Shown here: positions 26,856-38,431 of the stretch, in pieces | Position numbering within the stretch: position 1 is the stretch's first letter | Layout of the letters: the number at the start of each line of letters is the position of its first letter | Origin: Callorhinchus milii | Lineage: Eukaryota | Assembly (NCBI RefSeq): GCF_018977255.1 | Contig: NW_024704742.1 | Span: 86,182,001 to 86,246,000, forward strand | Direction: 5' to 3' | Length of the DNA stretch: 64,000 bases | Notes under the pieces: model-generated | The model's input: only the letters and a program-made list of their open reading frames with translations | Database searches by the model: none | What the model was told of the DNA's origin: nothing | Translations under genes and position numbers: made by a program

Positions 26856-27173
26856 GGAGTCTTGTAGCTCAGTGGTTAGAGCACTCGCTTTGCAAGTGAG
26901 AGACCTGAGTTCAATTCCAGGCAGGGCGAAACCTTGGGCAAGTTTCCTTACTCCACACGCCTAATAATAATCCCTCCAAAACCCAAAACAATAATAAATT
27001 GGTCATTTTCAATCTACGACTGTTTGTGGGACATTGCTGTGCGCAATTGGCTGCCGCGTTCACCCACAAATATGCAGTCAATTCACTATACAGTGTGTTC
27101 TGTGAAGCGCTTTGGGACGTCCTCCCGACGTGAAAAGCGCTATATCAAATGCAAGGATTATTATTATTATTAT
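26856..27173 (+). mobile_element. tRNA-derived SINE, short young form, full length, inserted in a CR1 fragment
   Basis: A/B-box head with Ala-like TGC anticodon loop, L2-like 3' stem-loop and (att)n tail. Flanks at about 26610-26850 and 27180-27300 are reverse CR1 3' sequence. Confidence 0.9.
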
Positions 27174-30100
27174 ATTACGTCCTCTTGTTCTACTGTCATG
27201 ATATATCCTAAAGTATTGATCTGGGTTGAGTTTTTCAATCCCATTTAAAATATTATTTTTATTATTCACCTCGATGAGGTCCCCTTTGAGTTTTGCTCTA
27301 CAATAAATGACTGCTTGTTTATGTGGGCACCTCGTGAAAGATTCTGGGAATTGTTTTTGTTGGGCTTCTATTGAAACTCCCACAAGATAGTTTAAAATAA
27401 AATTTAGATATCCCAGAAGAAAGAAGCTTTTACATACCGTTAAATGCTTGCTTCTAAAATAACCACATTAAGTCTTTCAATTGTCATATTTTTAAATACC
27501 TTTTTCGAGTTTTTGTAAAAAGAGACCTCATCCCTTCATGTGGTGTTTTAATATAAATGGCACATCTTCAGTTTGTAAGAGGGGAAAGGAATTTATTGCT
27601 ATTACTGCACAAATAATTGAACTTGTACTGGATCCATCTGCTTTGCAAAGTGCTTTCAGCCAGTTGAAAGTCTATGCTCAGTCAGTCATGGATAATGCTG
27701 CATTCACAGACTTAGCAGTACCCACTTGTTTTCGTAGGTGGAACAGTATTGTTAGTGGACAACCACTGTGAAAAAACACCTCTTTTCTGTTTGCTCATAC
27801 ATAGCGGATTTCAGCCTGTGTAACATGGCCCTCAAGGTCACATGCATAGAAAGTTGCCTTTGGCTTGAAGCAAGGTAATCTCATATTGCAGAAAACATTA
27901 AACTCAACTGTTCGTTTGATCTGAACTTTAGCCCCGTGATATGAGGATGTTTTTGTAGCGAAACATAAACTGTGACTCTGTGCACGATTTCAATATTTAT
28001 CACTGTGGGCATGAACAAGGTTTCACACGGTGGGGTGGGGGGGAATCAAGCTACTGCACACATCTATATTATTGCATGACCGCGACACACCCACCCTTGA
28101 GAAAGCCAAATGGACTTGAACAGTTTGCATGGGATTCTAGTCACTCCAACTAGGAAGCACTTTAAATATCAGATTTTTATTTGACTCTGTCATCAGAATT
28201 GTGTAAAACATTAAAATATGCCAAAGCACATAGAGAAGAGAGGGGAGTTTCTCCCAGAGTTCTGACCAGCAATGCTCCAGAAATTGGTCATTCACTGCTT
28301 AGTTGGTTGTGTAACTCAGCTTGGTGTGAATTGCTGACATGTTGGTCATGAAGATCAGTCACTACATTCAATAGTAATTATTTGTGAAGCACTTGGAGGT
28401 ATCATTTTTATAGAGCTCTATTATGCCGACATGTTTCTTTCTATACTTCAAACGGTTGTCACTGGTAATGCAGATAAGGAGTTTGTGTGAGACTCAGACA
28501 ACGACCCGGGCTTGCTGCACTTGAGTTATGGAGTTGAGAAATTTTAGTCACTAACCAGTGTGTGAAATAACTTACTAACACTGTTCTTTGGGGGGTGGGT
28601 GGGGGAGTAAAGTAGGGTCTATTTGTGGATGAGTTTCATGGTTCAAGAAAGTCCCGTCTGATAGCTGGGCCAGGCATTGCTTAATTCCAATGCACCATTG
28701 ATGATGGGCTGGCCTTTCTGTGTTCTTAGTAAAACTTAGAGGGACCAGACTAGTCACTGGGAGCAGGGATTCTTCCCACTTGGCTTCAGATAGTCCTGCA
28801 ACCCAAAGCCCTAATAGCTAGGGTGATCCTAATTGCACAGAAAGTGGGAAACTGGCCAGCGTTCACAATAGCAAGCTGCATAGTTTTTGCTGGTTAAACA
28901 TCCGGTCGTACTCCAGTGCATACCCGTGGTACCCAATCTTTAACTCTTGCCAACCTTGCATGTAAACTCTTCAGGATTAAGCAAGATAGATGCCTCCCTC
29001 CAGGAAGAGAGTGTGGACTCCATACCAGACAAGCAGAAAGCATACATATTTGAAACTCTCAGTTGTTTGGACATGTTAAAGGATGGTGGTGGATTGCTAT
29101 CTGTCCTTTTGTTTTTTGGGGCAACTATTCTATTCCTACATGGGGTTGACCAAAAACATTTTTCCGCTCAAGATTACAAGAAATCAACAGATTTTTCACA
29201 CCTATTCGATACACATTCTATTTGCAATTGTTTAAATTCTGTCCTCATTAATTTTTTTTATAGATTATACTTTCTGGGTGTGTGTGTCTGTGAAATGGCA
29301 TTGCTGAGATCAATAGTTCCCTGTGTATTGAATCACATGTACATAGCTTTTCTATGTTCCAAATGGAAATAATGAAGTCAGTTAAGTACTGTACTTTAAT
29401 AGTTCACGAGGAAGCTGTTTTGATATCAGCTAGTGCCAAATTGTCAGGCTATTATGTATCTTTATTTGAAGTTCGTTAAATTTTAATGAACTCCAGATAA
29501 AGAAAAATGTAGTCTTAAGATAATTTTTTCAAATGTGACAACTTTACTAGAAGCACTGGAAAAATGAGAACAGTATTAACTGATGATAAGAGAACCAACA
29601 GTGGTCGATGAGATGGCCTTCAACAGTGTTGCAAGTGTCAAACTGGTATTTATAAAATCAAGTTTTTCAGTGTAACAGTATTTGGTATCAGTTATTCTAA
29701 TTTATTTGTATGTACAGCGAAAATGATTGATATGGTTACAGTACATTTACTAAGTGTGACAAGGAGATTCCTTTATAAGTGTTCAATGAAAATGTGACTA
29801 TGGCTAATGAACAGCACAGGTTAGTCCCCTTCTGCCTATCGTTAATTGAGGTGATTTCCAAGTAAAGAATTCTAAAAAGGGGATTCCTTCCGGCAACCTG
29901 AAGTGTGTCACACCAACTTGGGAAACCCCGGTCCCAGCATTCTGGGTTTATTTCACGTAGTTCTGGATTTCTTACCTGAAAAAGCTTTTTAAATTCACCT
30001 AATTGCTGTACACACGTTTCGAACATGGAAAAAAAATTATTGTAGAAAGATTGGAAGGAATGAAACCTCTGAGCTGGAGGTAGAGTGGTTGAATTGAACG

Positions 30101-31187
30101 TGTAGCAGGAAAAGTATCTCATTTGTCCACAAATACACAGGTGGTTTGGATGAAGAAGGCCCTTTAGTCCATCTCCTTCCAGAATACCAACCCTACCATC
30201 GTCCCATCACAGCGTCAAACGTTTTTTGATGTCCGGTGTCCTGGCCTCAACCACCCTTCCTGACAACCTACTCCTAGTCATTGAGAGGTGGCTTAAGACA
30301 CTGATGTTATTGGTACTTTATCAAATACAAGGACTAATATTATTTTGTTTTAACAAGCACCTAGAGTGTACCTGCCCCGGAAATGTCGGATTTATGTAAG
30401 ATATCTATTCTACCTTTCAGTCTGGTTGATGAAAGCATAGTGCTTTTACTGATGACACTAATAGACATGACAAACCTTTGAAGGACCTGAAACAGAGTTC
30501 CATTACCCAGACCTTTGGTGCATTGCTGTCCTCAACATGACATTATTGCAAATTGTTTTTCAAAAGTAAACTTCATAATATTGAGTAGAAAGACCAGTCT
30601 ATTTTTTATGAACTGACAAATAATGTCACACCAACCATAATGGGGAGGGGGTAGAAGTGAGCTCTTTAGCTACAATGAACTGAGAGAGAGTTGATGTGCA
30701 GTGTCTGACTATGTCGTGCTCACTCAGTGGTCATTCTTGCTGCAATGTTACCACTAAAATGGACTAATCCCTTCTACCGAACAGCAGTTAGAAATGCTTT
30801 GAGGTGCTAATTAACACAAACTTAATGAAGGGACTAATCCGTATTAAGTTAAATCCCTCAAGAATTTGACAGAGGAATTTTTACTGGAACAAAGTTGAAG
30901 CAATAAGCACAAGTCATCTTTCAAATGCCTGCTGTGACATTATTGGAATGCACTGTGTAATTAAATTCCTTCAGCATTTCAATTGATGGAGGCTTAAGAA
31001 ACTTCTGGACTAATGTGTTTCTCTTATGTTTCCTAAATGTGCTGTGCATTTTTTTTATACCATTTTTTGTTTCAAGTTCTTGTTTTGAAATGTGCTTTGA
31101 TCTGAATTGTGGTAGACAATTTTGACGATAAGTTACTTGGTTCATCAACTGTATAGGTTGCTTTGATTTTTATAGGTTGCACAGAAA

Positions 31188-31994
31188 CCCATCAACATGC
31201 TTAAGAGTATCCTAACCAGGTAGAGTTCCACATATGCATGCCACCTATACAAGGAAATTTCCCTTTGTTTGGAATGGTATGCTCACTTGTAGGAACAAGA
31301 ATGGTATGTTCTTGTAGGAACGTACACTGCTTACCTAATTCTGGAAACTATTAGGTGTAGGTTGTCAGGAGCCAAGACTTGGGATCCCCAGAGTGGTGTA
31401 CTGCTGGAGTTTAAACAGCTAAAACCACATTGGAAGTATTGTCTGGCAAACATCCTGCTGTTTTTCCAGCTAGAACCACCTAATCAGTTAGGGCTTTGAC
31501 TTCGAAGGTTAGCAGGAGCTGAGTGGGAAGAATTTCTATCATTGGTGACTGATCTGCCTATCCAAGTCCTGTCGATGAGCCAGGCTGGCTGGTCTGTCAT
31601 CAATAATGCCTTGGAGTACTGCAGACCAGTCTGGCTCAGGAACTAGACTACTGAGACTGCCGCAGATGGTTGACTCGATTCTGACATTCTGTTGCATCAC
31701 CTTCCATCACCTTCGAGCCACTTTGCTTTTATTGTCTGAAATTTTGAATTATATCCAACAGAACAACATGTTTCCATACTATTTCAAAATCATTATGTTA
31801 AAAAGTATTTGTCAAATGTAATAATTATGTTAAAAAAGTTTTCCCTGAGCTTCATTTAAGGAATAAATTTGTCGATAGGTTTTCTCTCCGATGAGAGAAT
31901 GTGTAATTGCGTTCCTGGCACAGGGAAATTTTCATGTGTAGGTGGCATGTGGAACTCTCAGTCTGGTTTAGATACCCTTAAGTATGGTGATGGG
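31188..31994. mobile_element. Element bounded by roughly 75-bp imperfect inverted repeats (MITE-like)
   Basis: 31188-31264 is the reverse complement of 31922-31994 (cccatca.cat.cttaag.gtatc..aaccag...gagttccaca...tgccaccta.aca.g.aaatttccct). Confidence 0.6.
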
Positions 31995-32315
31995 CTTCCA
32001 CATGTGTCAGACATAAATTGCTCTACAAATGAATATTACTGAAACTGACCAGGGAGCGTTTAATTCTAACACTGACTAACCAAGAATGCACAAACATCCT
32101 GTTCAATGAAGAGCATAGATTTCACCAAAAAAAGAGTTTGATCCATTTACCAATGAAATAAACCAAATCAAAAATCCTTTTGTTTTACCAAAATGACGTT
32201 GGTGCATGTATCTCTGTGGTAGCACAACTGGAGGAAAAGTGATGGGACAGGGAGCTGTCAATGACTTAACAGACGAGACAGACAGACTTACGATCTAGAT
32301 GTTGGACCAACCAGT

Positions 32316-32399
32316 CTTTGTGCTACAGACAGGCAAGCAATTTGTGCTTTGTGCTACAGACAGGCAAACAATTTGTGCTTTGTGCTACAGACAAGCAAA
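32316..32399. repeat. Tandem repeat, 31-nt unit, about 2.7 copies
   Basis: ctttgtgctacagacaggcaa(g/a)caatttgtg repeated head to tail with no spacers. Confidence 0.9.
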
Positions 32400-34933
32400 A
32401 TGCAGTAGGGATGGGTGACCTTCATCAACCTCTGGTTGAAATGTCTAGTGACTCATTAGAATTTACATTTATATAGAGTCTTTCACAAGAGAAGGACATC
32501 CCCAAGCCGTTTACACAGTTGACTGAGCACCTGAGCCGGCAAGCGGTAGGGTGGTAGAGCTTAGCAGGGTGCGGAAGTGGGGGTTGATGGTGGTGTTCAG
32601 GAGGGTGTGGGGGTTGGAAAGCACAGTTAAAAGACTTCTAAGAAATATCCTTCAATTTTGATCCTCACGTTACAGTTTGGAGAAAAATTACATAACAAAA
32701 ACAAAAAGGTTGGAAGACTTTTTGTCTGAGACCCCACAAAAAATCCAATTTTCAGATGTAAACACTTGACACTTTTTACCTCCTGCCAAAATAATATTTA
32801 ATAAAGAAGCATTTCAAAAATATTAAATTACAAAGATACTACTTGCATTCCTGCTTGTTTGTCTTGTATGGGAAAGAAAAGCAGCAGGCAACCCACCCAT
32901 TCCTTACCAAAAGTGTTATTTATATATGTTTAGCATGTGTGCCAAAGGTTTCTATAAACAACAATACTGGCAGTGCTCTGAAGCTGGGCAATGAAGACAA
33001 AGGGTCATTCTGAATAGTATTTTTCTTGCTGCACAAGGTGTGATATTTGGAGGTCCGTTCTTCACTACAGGCACAACAGGTTACAACTGTGTCCCCTGAG
33101 GACAGTACTTTGGTCATTAAAGCTCAAAGTAGATCTTTAACTTTGTGCAGGTGGTAAACAGGCTGGTCTCTAAAAGGAGAAGTGAAGCCTTTTTCTTCAC
33201 TCAGCCCTGCATTATATTCCTCACACAAATTGATTGGGTCCAATGTTGTGAAGGAGCATTCCCATATGGTTCGTGTCATTACATGTTTCCAAATTAATGG
33301 GGTTTGACAATCACCCCAGGAAGAGGTGCAGGAAGAGATGGTTAAAAACAAAAGACCAAAGAGGAAGGGGGAAATATCTATGTCAAGAACACAAAGATAG
33401 ACCCACTTTCGATGCTACTTTCGAAAATGCCCTTTTAGATACAGAAAATATTCTGAAACTCATTATTTGCAGTTAGTGAAGTAGTTTTAATGTGTGTATA
33501 GATCTGCCTGGCTCAGTTGGTAATATTCTTGCAACTCAGTCAGAAGATTGTTAAAAACCCCATGTCGGGACTTTGAATTCACACAGTCTAAGCTGGATAT
33601 ATCTGAGACGCTACCCTGCGTGGAGGGCTCTATGAAAGTACAAGTTGTTGTATCATGACAGTAGTACACGAAGACATAGGTTTAGAGATGTAAAGGGCAA
33701 TTTAAAGATAGACACCAGGAAGTTTTTGTTAATGCAGAGGGAAATCGATGATTGGAACAGGTTGTCAGGAAAGTTGGTAGAGGCCAGGAGAAGTTAAGTC
33801 ATTTAAAAAGCAGCTTGATATAGTGATGCAGGATTGATGCAGGGTGTTAGGGTGGATGTTCTGGAAGGATGAGATCAGATGGGCTGAAGGACCTTCTTCA
33901 TCCAGCCCAATCTTGTGATATTGTGACACTTCATTGCAGTACCAAGGGTGCCCTACATCGTCAGAGATGCCATCCTTTAGATGAAATGTTAAACCAAGCT
34001 CTCATCTGCCTGTCCAGGTGGATATTAAAGATTGGTGGCAATACTCAAAAGAGAAGGAAGTTTTCCTTAGTGTCTTGACCAACAAAACTCCAATTAGTTA
34101 TTACCTTGATGGCTGTTTGTGGGATATTGCTGTGTGCAAATATTGGCTACCATGTTTTCCTATGAAATACACAGTCACAACACAATACAGTAAATCCAGT
34201 GAAGTGCCTTGAGATGTCCTCCTGATGTGAAAAGCTATATATTGAATACATGTACATGCAACATGTGAATGTTGCTTTACTAGCAACCAGCTAAGTTAAA
34301 TCAGCATCTTAGTTTTAGATGATGAAATCTAGCATTCACCCCATTTGGTAGCACAGAGATCTCAGTGCTCAAGCCTCTGATCTGAAGTTCTCCTCATTTT
34401 TGGCCATTCAGACCCAGCACCACAATCAGATGGAGGGGGGGGAGGGGGGAGGGAGAGTTTTCCTGACCCATTTATTGCTTATGTGCAGTTTATTATTATT
34501 ATTATTATTATTATTTATAAAGCTGCTGAGAAAATGGATCCCTATAAAATGCTAAGAGTAAGCATTCCAATGCTTCCTTTTATTTTAAATCCCTTCATTC
34601 AGCCAAATTCAGGCTTACTATAGTACTTTAATTAATCCTATGAGCAAAGTGTTTTAAAGTATAAGTATTTTCCACCATACTGATTTTTTCCCCCAAAACA
34701 CAAAGCTTTCCATTTCGCCTGGCTGAATGTATTTAGCTTCTGGGTTTTGACCATTGTGAGTGCCCCTACCTTCAGCTCATGTTAGTTTCAGTAGAACAAA
34801 TTATCGGGAATTGTGCAGACTCATTCTCTTCTCTCTTCCCACTCTTTCCATAATGTTCTTCACTCCTCTCCTAACAGCATTAACCCATGCTGGGACATTC
34901 AGTCAGACACTGATATATATATGGGCTTGCAGA

Positions 34934-34991
34934 ATGCTGGAAGTATATATACTGTAGCCAGTATGCTGGAAGTATATATACTGTAGCCAGT
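34934..34991. repeat. Perfect 29-nt tandem duplication
   Basis: atgctggaagtatatatactgtagccagt x2. Confidence 0.9.
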
Positions 34992-35199
34992 GTTAGTCAA
35001 ACAATTCGGTTGACCATTTTTCTTGATTGAATATTTCTTGATTTATGGCCACAACACACATATCACTACTCAGTAGCTACTGGAACTAAATATTGATTTA
35101 ACACAGACTTACCTAGACTGGTGCGAATGTTCAGTGGGTCACTTCTTGACGTCCCCAACGGCTACTTTTGGCCATGGTTTATGGGTTGACAAACCACTG
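34988..35199 (+). mobile_element. Short hAT-like MITE
   Basis: Imperfect TIRs cagtgttagtcaaac and ggttgacaaaccactg. Internal ttcttgattgaatatttcttgatttatggc is shared with 19472-19750. No clean 8-bp TSD. Confidence 0.55.
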
Positions 35200-36795
35200 T
35201 TGTATACTCAGCACAGAGCAGGAATTGAATGTGGGACCCTCATGGTTTGAATGGCTCAGTACCACAGTTAAGCAGTCAGTTCACCAATTGAGATATCAGT
35301 GGACCCCAAATTAATTTTTAGTGAGCCTCAAACAAGCTGTGTGGAATTTAATTTCTGACTACAGGAAATGACAGTAAACACATATCACAGAGGATGTGTA
35401 TCGGTCAGGCTCTCTGCAGAAATAGATTTTCGGCGTTTAAAGAATTGCTGTCACAGGCCTCATCAAAGGGTCAATAATGCATTAGAAAACCAGCGCAACA
35501 GGCATTCAGAGATTTGGTTAATTGGTCCATCAAAGTACTTTTGAGCCATCAGATGCACAAATTAATCCTCGTAGAACATCATCAAACAAACGGAAAGAAA
35601 ATAAATGAGTTTAGGATGAGTCGTTTCAAATGGGATTAATTAGACAACAATAAATAAGAGGGGGCCAGCAGCCACAGGTCAGAGATGGACTCAGAAAGGA
35701 GAAAGCAGTTTAAATACAGTATTAGTCTCTGTTGCTATTCCCACTCGGGTTTCTTTTTGATAGTGGGAGGTGATGTGCCTTTGCCAGTTTTGAAAGCAGG
35801 GTGGGGGGAGAGAGGAAGGGAGTGAAGAGGAGGGATTTATGGAGAGAATTTCAGAGAACGGGGGCAAAGTGGCTGCAAGCTCGCCACCGATGGTGGTGCG
35901 GTGAACCTGAAGCAGAGCCTTTCCTCAGGCATGTTTCCTGATGGGCTGCCTATGAAATAGAATGAATGATACCCAGTCGCTGCAAAACCTTTAATAATCC
36001 CAGAGTTATGAGACTCAACCAGTTTAGCCTAAGCAATATTACACCAACTGGTTTCACACTGCTCTGTCTTCACATGACTAAAGCATACCTGCAATAGTTA
36101 GGAGGAATGCCGAGACAAGCTAGTGCTCTTCAGCCTTAAAAAGAATGATCTCAGACCGAAGCTTATATTAGTATACCCTTCTCATTCCCCCTACTCTTCC
36201 CCTCTCCCACCTCTTACCTTTCACACATTGGGCCGTCTCCCCTTCTTTGTTCTTCTCCCGCATCTTTCTTCATCTCTCTTCATCCTCATCTCATTTCACC
36301 CTCATCTCTCGCCTAAAACCCACCAGCTGCTCAGTTGACCTCCCCCTCCTGCTCATCTCCTCATGTGTGGCTCTGACTGAGTCAGTCTTCATGGTTACTC
36401 AGTCCAGCTCACAGAGATGGACTCAACCAGATCTCTGTAGCCCATGTCTTTTCCCACACCAGGCTCTGAGAGCCCATCACTTGCACCCTTGCCAGGCTCT
36501 TCTGGCTCCCTATTCCCCAATTTTATTTCATTGTTACTTTCAAATACCTCAATGTCCTTCCTCGACTGTATGTCTGTGATCTCCTGTAGTCCTGATCTCC
36601 TGCCCACTCCCTTCACTCTGCTAGCTTGGGCCAGCAGATGGTTAACAGTAATAATCCTTACATTTTGGATGTACTGCTTTCCATGCTAGAACAACATCTC
36701 AAAGCACTTCACAGGATTTACCGTAAAGTGTAATGACTGTGTTTTTGTAGGCAAATGAACTAGCATGTGCACACAGTAATATCCTGCAAACAGCC

Positions 36796-37121
36796 ATAAT
36801 AATAATAATAATAATAATCCTTGCATTTGATATAGCACTTTTCACGTCAGGAGGACGTCCCAAAGCGCTTCACAGAACACACTGTAAAATGAATTGACTG
36901 TATATCTGTGGGCGAACGCGACAGCCAATTGCGCACAGCAATGTCCAACAAACAGTCGTAGATTGAAAATGACCAATTTATTATTGTTTTTGGTTTTGGA
37001 GGGATTATTATTAGGCGTGTGGAGTAAGGAAACTTGCCCAAGGTTTCGCCCTCTGCCTGGAATTGAACTCAGGTCTCTCGCTTTCAATGCGAGTTCTCTA
37101 ACCACTGAGCTACAGGACTCC
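36796..37121 (-). mobile_element. tRNA-derived SINE, short young form, full length, nested in an older SINE 3' end
   Basis: Reverse complement is near-identical to 26856-27173. Host fragment lies at about 36648-36795 and resumes near 37130. Confidence 0.9.
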
Positions 37122-37984
37122 ACAAAAATGGAGTCATGAAGTGAATGACATGAAGTGAATGACAATTTTTTATTTTTTATGTTTTGAAACAAAAATTGAT
37201 TGAGAGCAAATAAGAGGCAGAGAGATGCAGGATTTGTTTTGTTTCTTGGGAGGAAAGGAAAGTGTCGGTGCAGCGCTTTGCACTCTGTTCATTGCCAGAA
37301 GAATGAACATCAGTTCATTGTGTGTGTGTTAGAGACAAATGTCAGGATTTCAGAAGGGAGCATTCGCAAATAAAATACATTTTCCCCAGTTAATGCATCA
37401 AATAGGATCAGCGGCAGATACACAGTAATGTCATCAGCTTAGTGAGGGTTTGGCTCAAACAACCAAGAATCAAAGGTGAGTCGTGCTGATGCTCTAGCAG
37501 TGCCTGGATATCTGTGTCTGCAACATTCAAGAACTTTTAACACCCACGGGAGATGTAAAAGTGGGAGTTTAGTTGTGTGTAGATATGATAATAATCCTTG
37601 CATTTCATGTAGCGCTTCACAAGATTTAGTGTGGAGTGGCGGAACACTTTGCACTATCGAGCTGTGTCTTACTCAAGCAGAGGACTGAGGAGCCAGAGTA
37701 TAGCTGCACTCTCTGCTCATGTTTCCCAGCTGCAGCTGCTTGTTTGAAGTCAGTACCTACAACATACTGTAGCTGGGCCAGAAATGTGAGTTGAAAAAAA
37801 CTAAGTGCTTCATAATGTCAGGTGGCCAGGTACCGTATGACAGAGCCAATGGAGCCGTTTCTAACCTTGAGGCTCCGTGAAATGCTCTTAGGCAGTGCTC
37901 TCATCCCATAGGAGAGAGGAGGAACAACTGATGGAAGAGGGCTCCTTCACTCCTGTCCAGGGTCCCACATTACAGAGTAGTAGC

Positions 37985-38431
37985 AATAATAATAATAATC
38001 ATTCCATTTGATGTAGCGCCTTATCATGTTGTTGAGACATCTCAAAGTGCTTCACATGAAATATTATAAAGTGGATTGACTGTGTATTTTGTGGGCGAAA
38101 CGGGCAGCCAGTTGTGCAAAGCAATGGCTCACAAATAGCCATGGAGTGAGTGACCAATTTTATTTGGGAGATTGTTGGCCAGGACACCGGGAGAAACTCC
38201 CTTCTCTTTCCAAATATTGCCATGGGATCTTTAACATTAATAATAATAACATTCACTTCAACAGGGAGATGGGATCTCGGTTTAACATATTATCCAAAGG
38301 ACGCCACCTCTGACAGTGCAGCAACCCCCCAGCACTACATTGGAGTGTCACTATAGATTATGTGATTCCACGTCCTGACCCACAGCCTTCTAACTCAGAG
38401 GCAAAAGGGCTACCACTGAGCCAGGCTGTCA
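37985..38431 (-). mobile_element. Deu-domain SINE, full length
   Basis: (aat)n tail, Deu core (gacgccacctctgacagtgcagca...cagcactacattggagtgtca) and reverse tRNA-like head. Confidence 0.72.

Noticed and set aside
26856..26930. tRNA-Ala(TGC)-like genes at SINE heads (also 7306, 37050-37121, 55572, 57780-57849)
   Set aside because: No proper acceptor stem or terminator; each continues into a SINE body and tail.
32316..32399. CRISPR-like array
   Set aside because: Head-to-tail units with no unique spacers in a vertebrate intron; an ordinary minisatellite.
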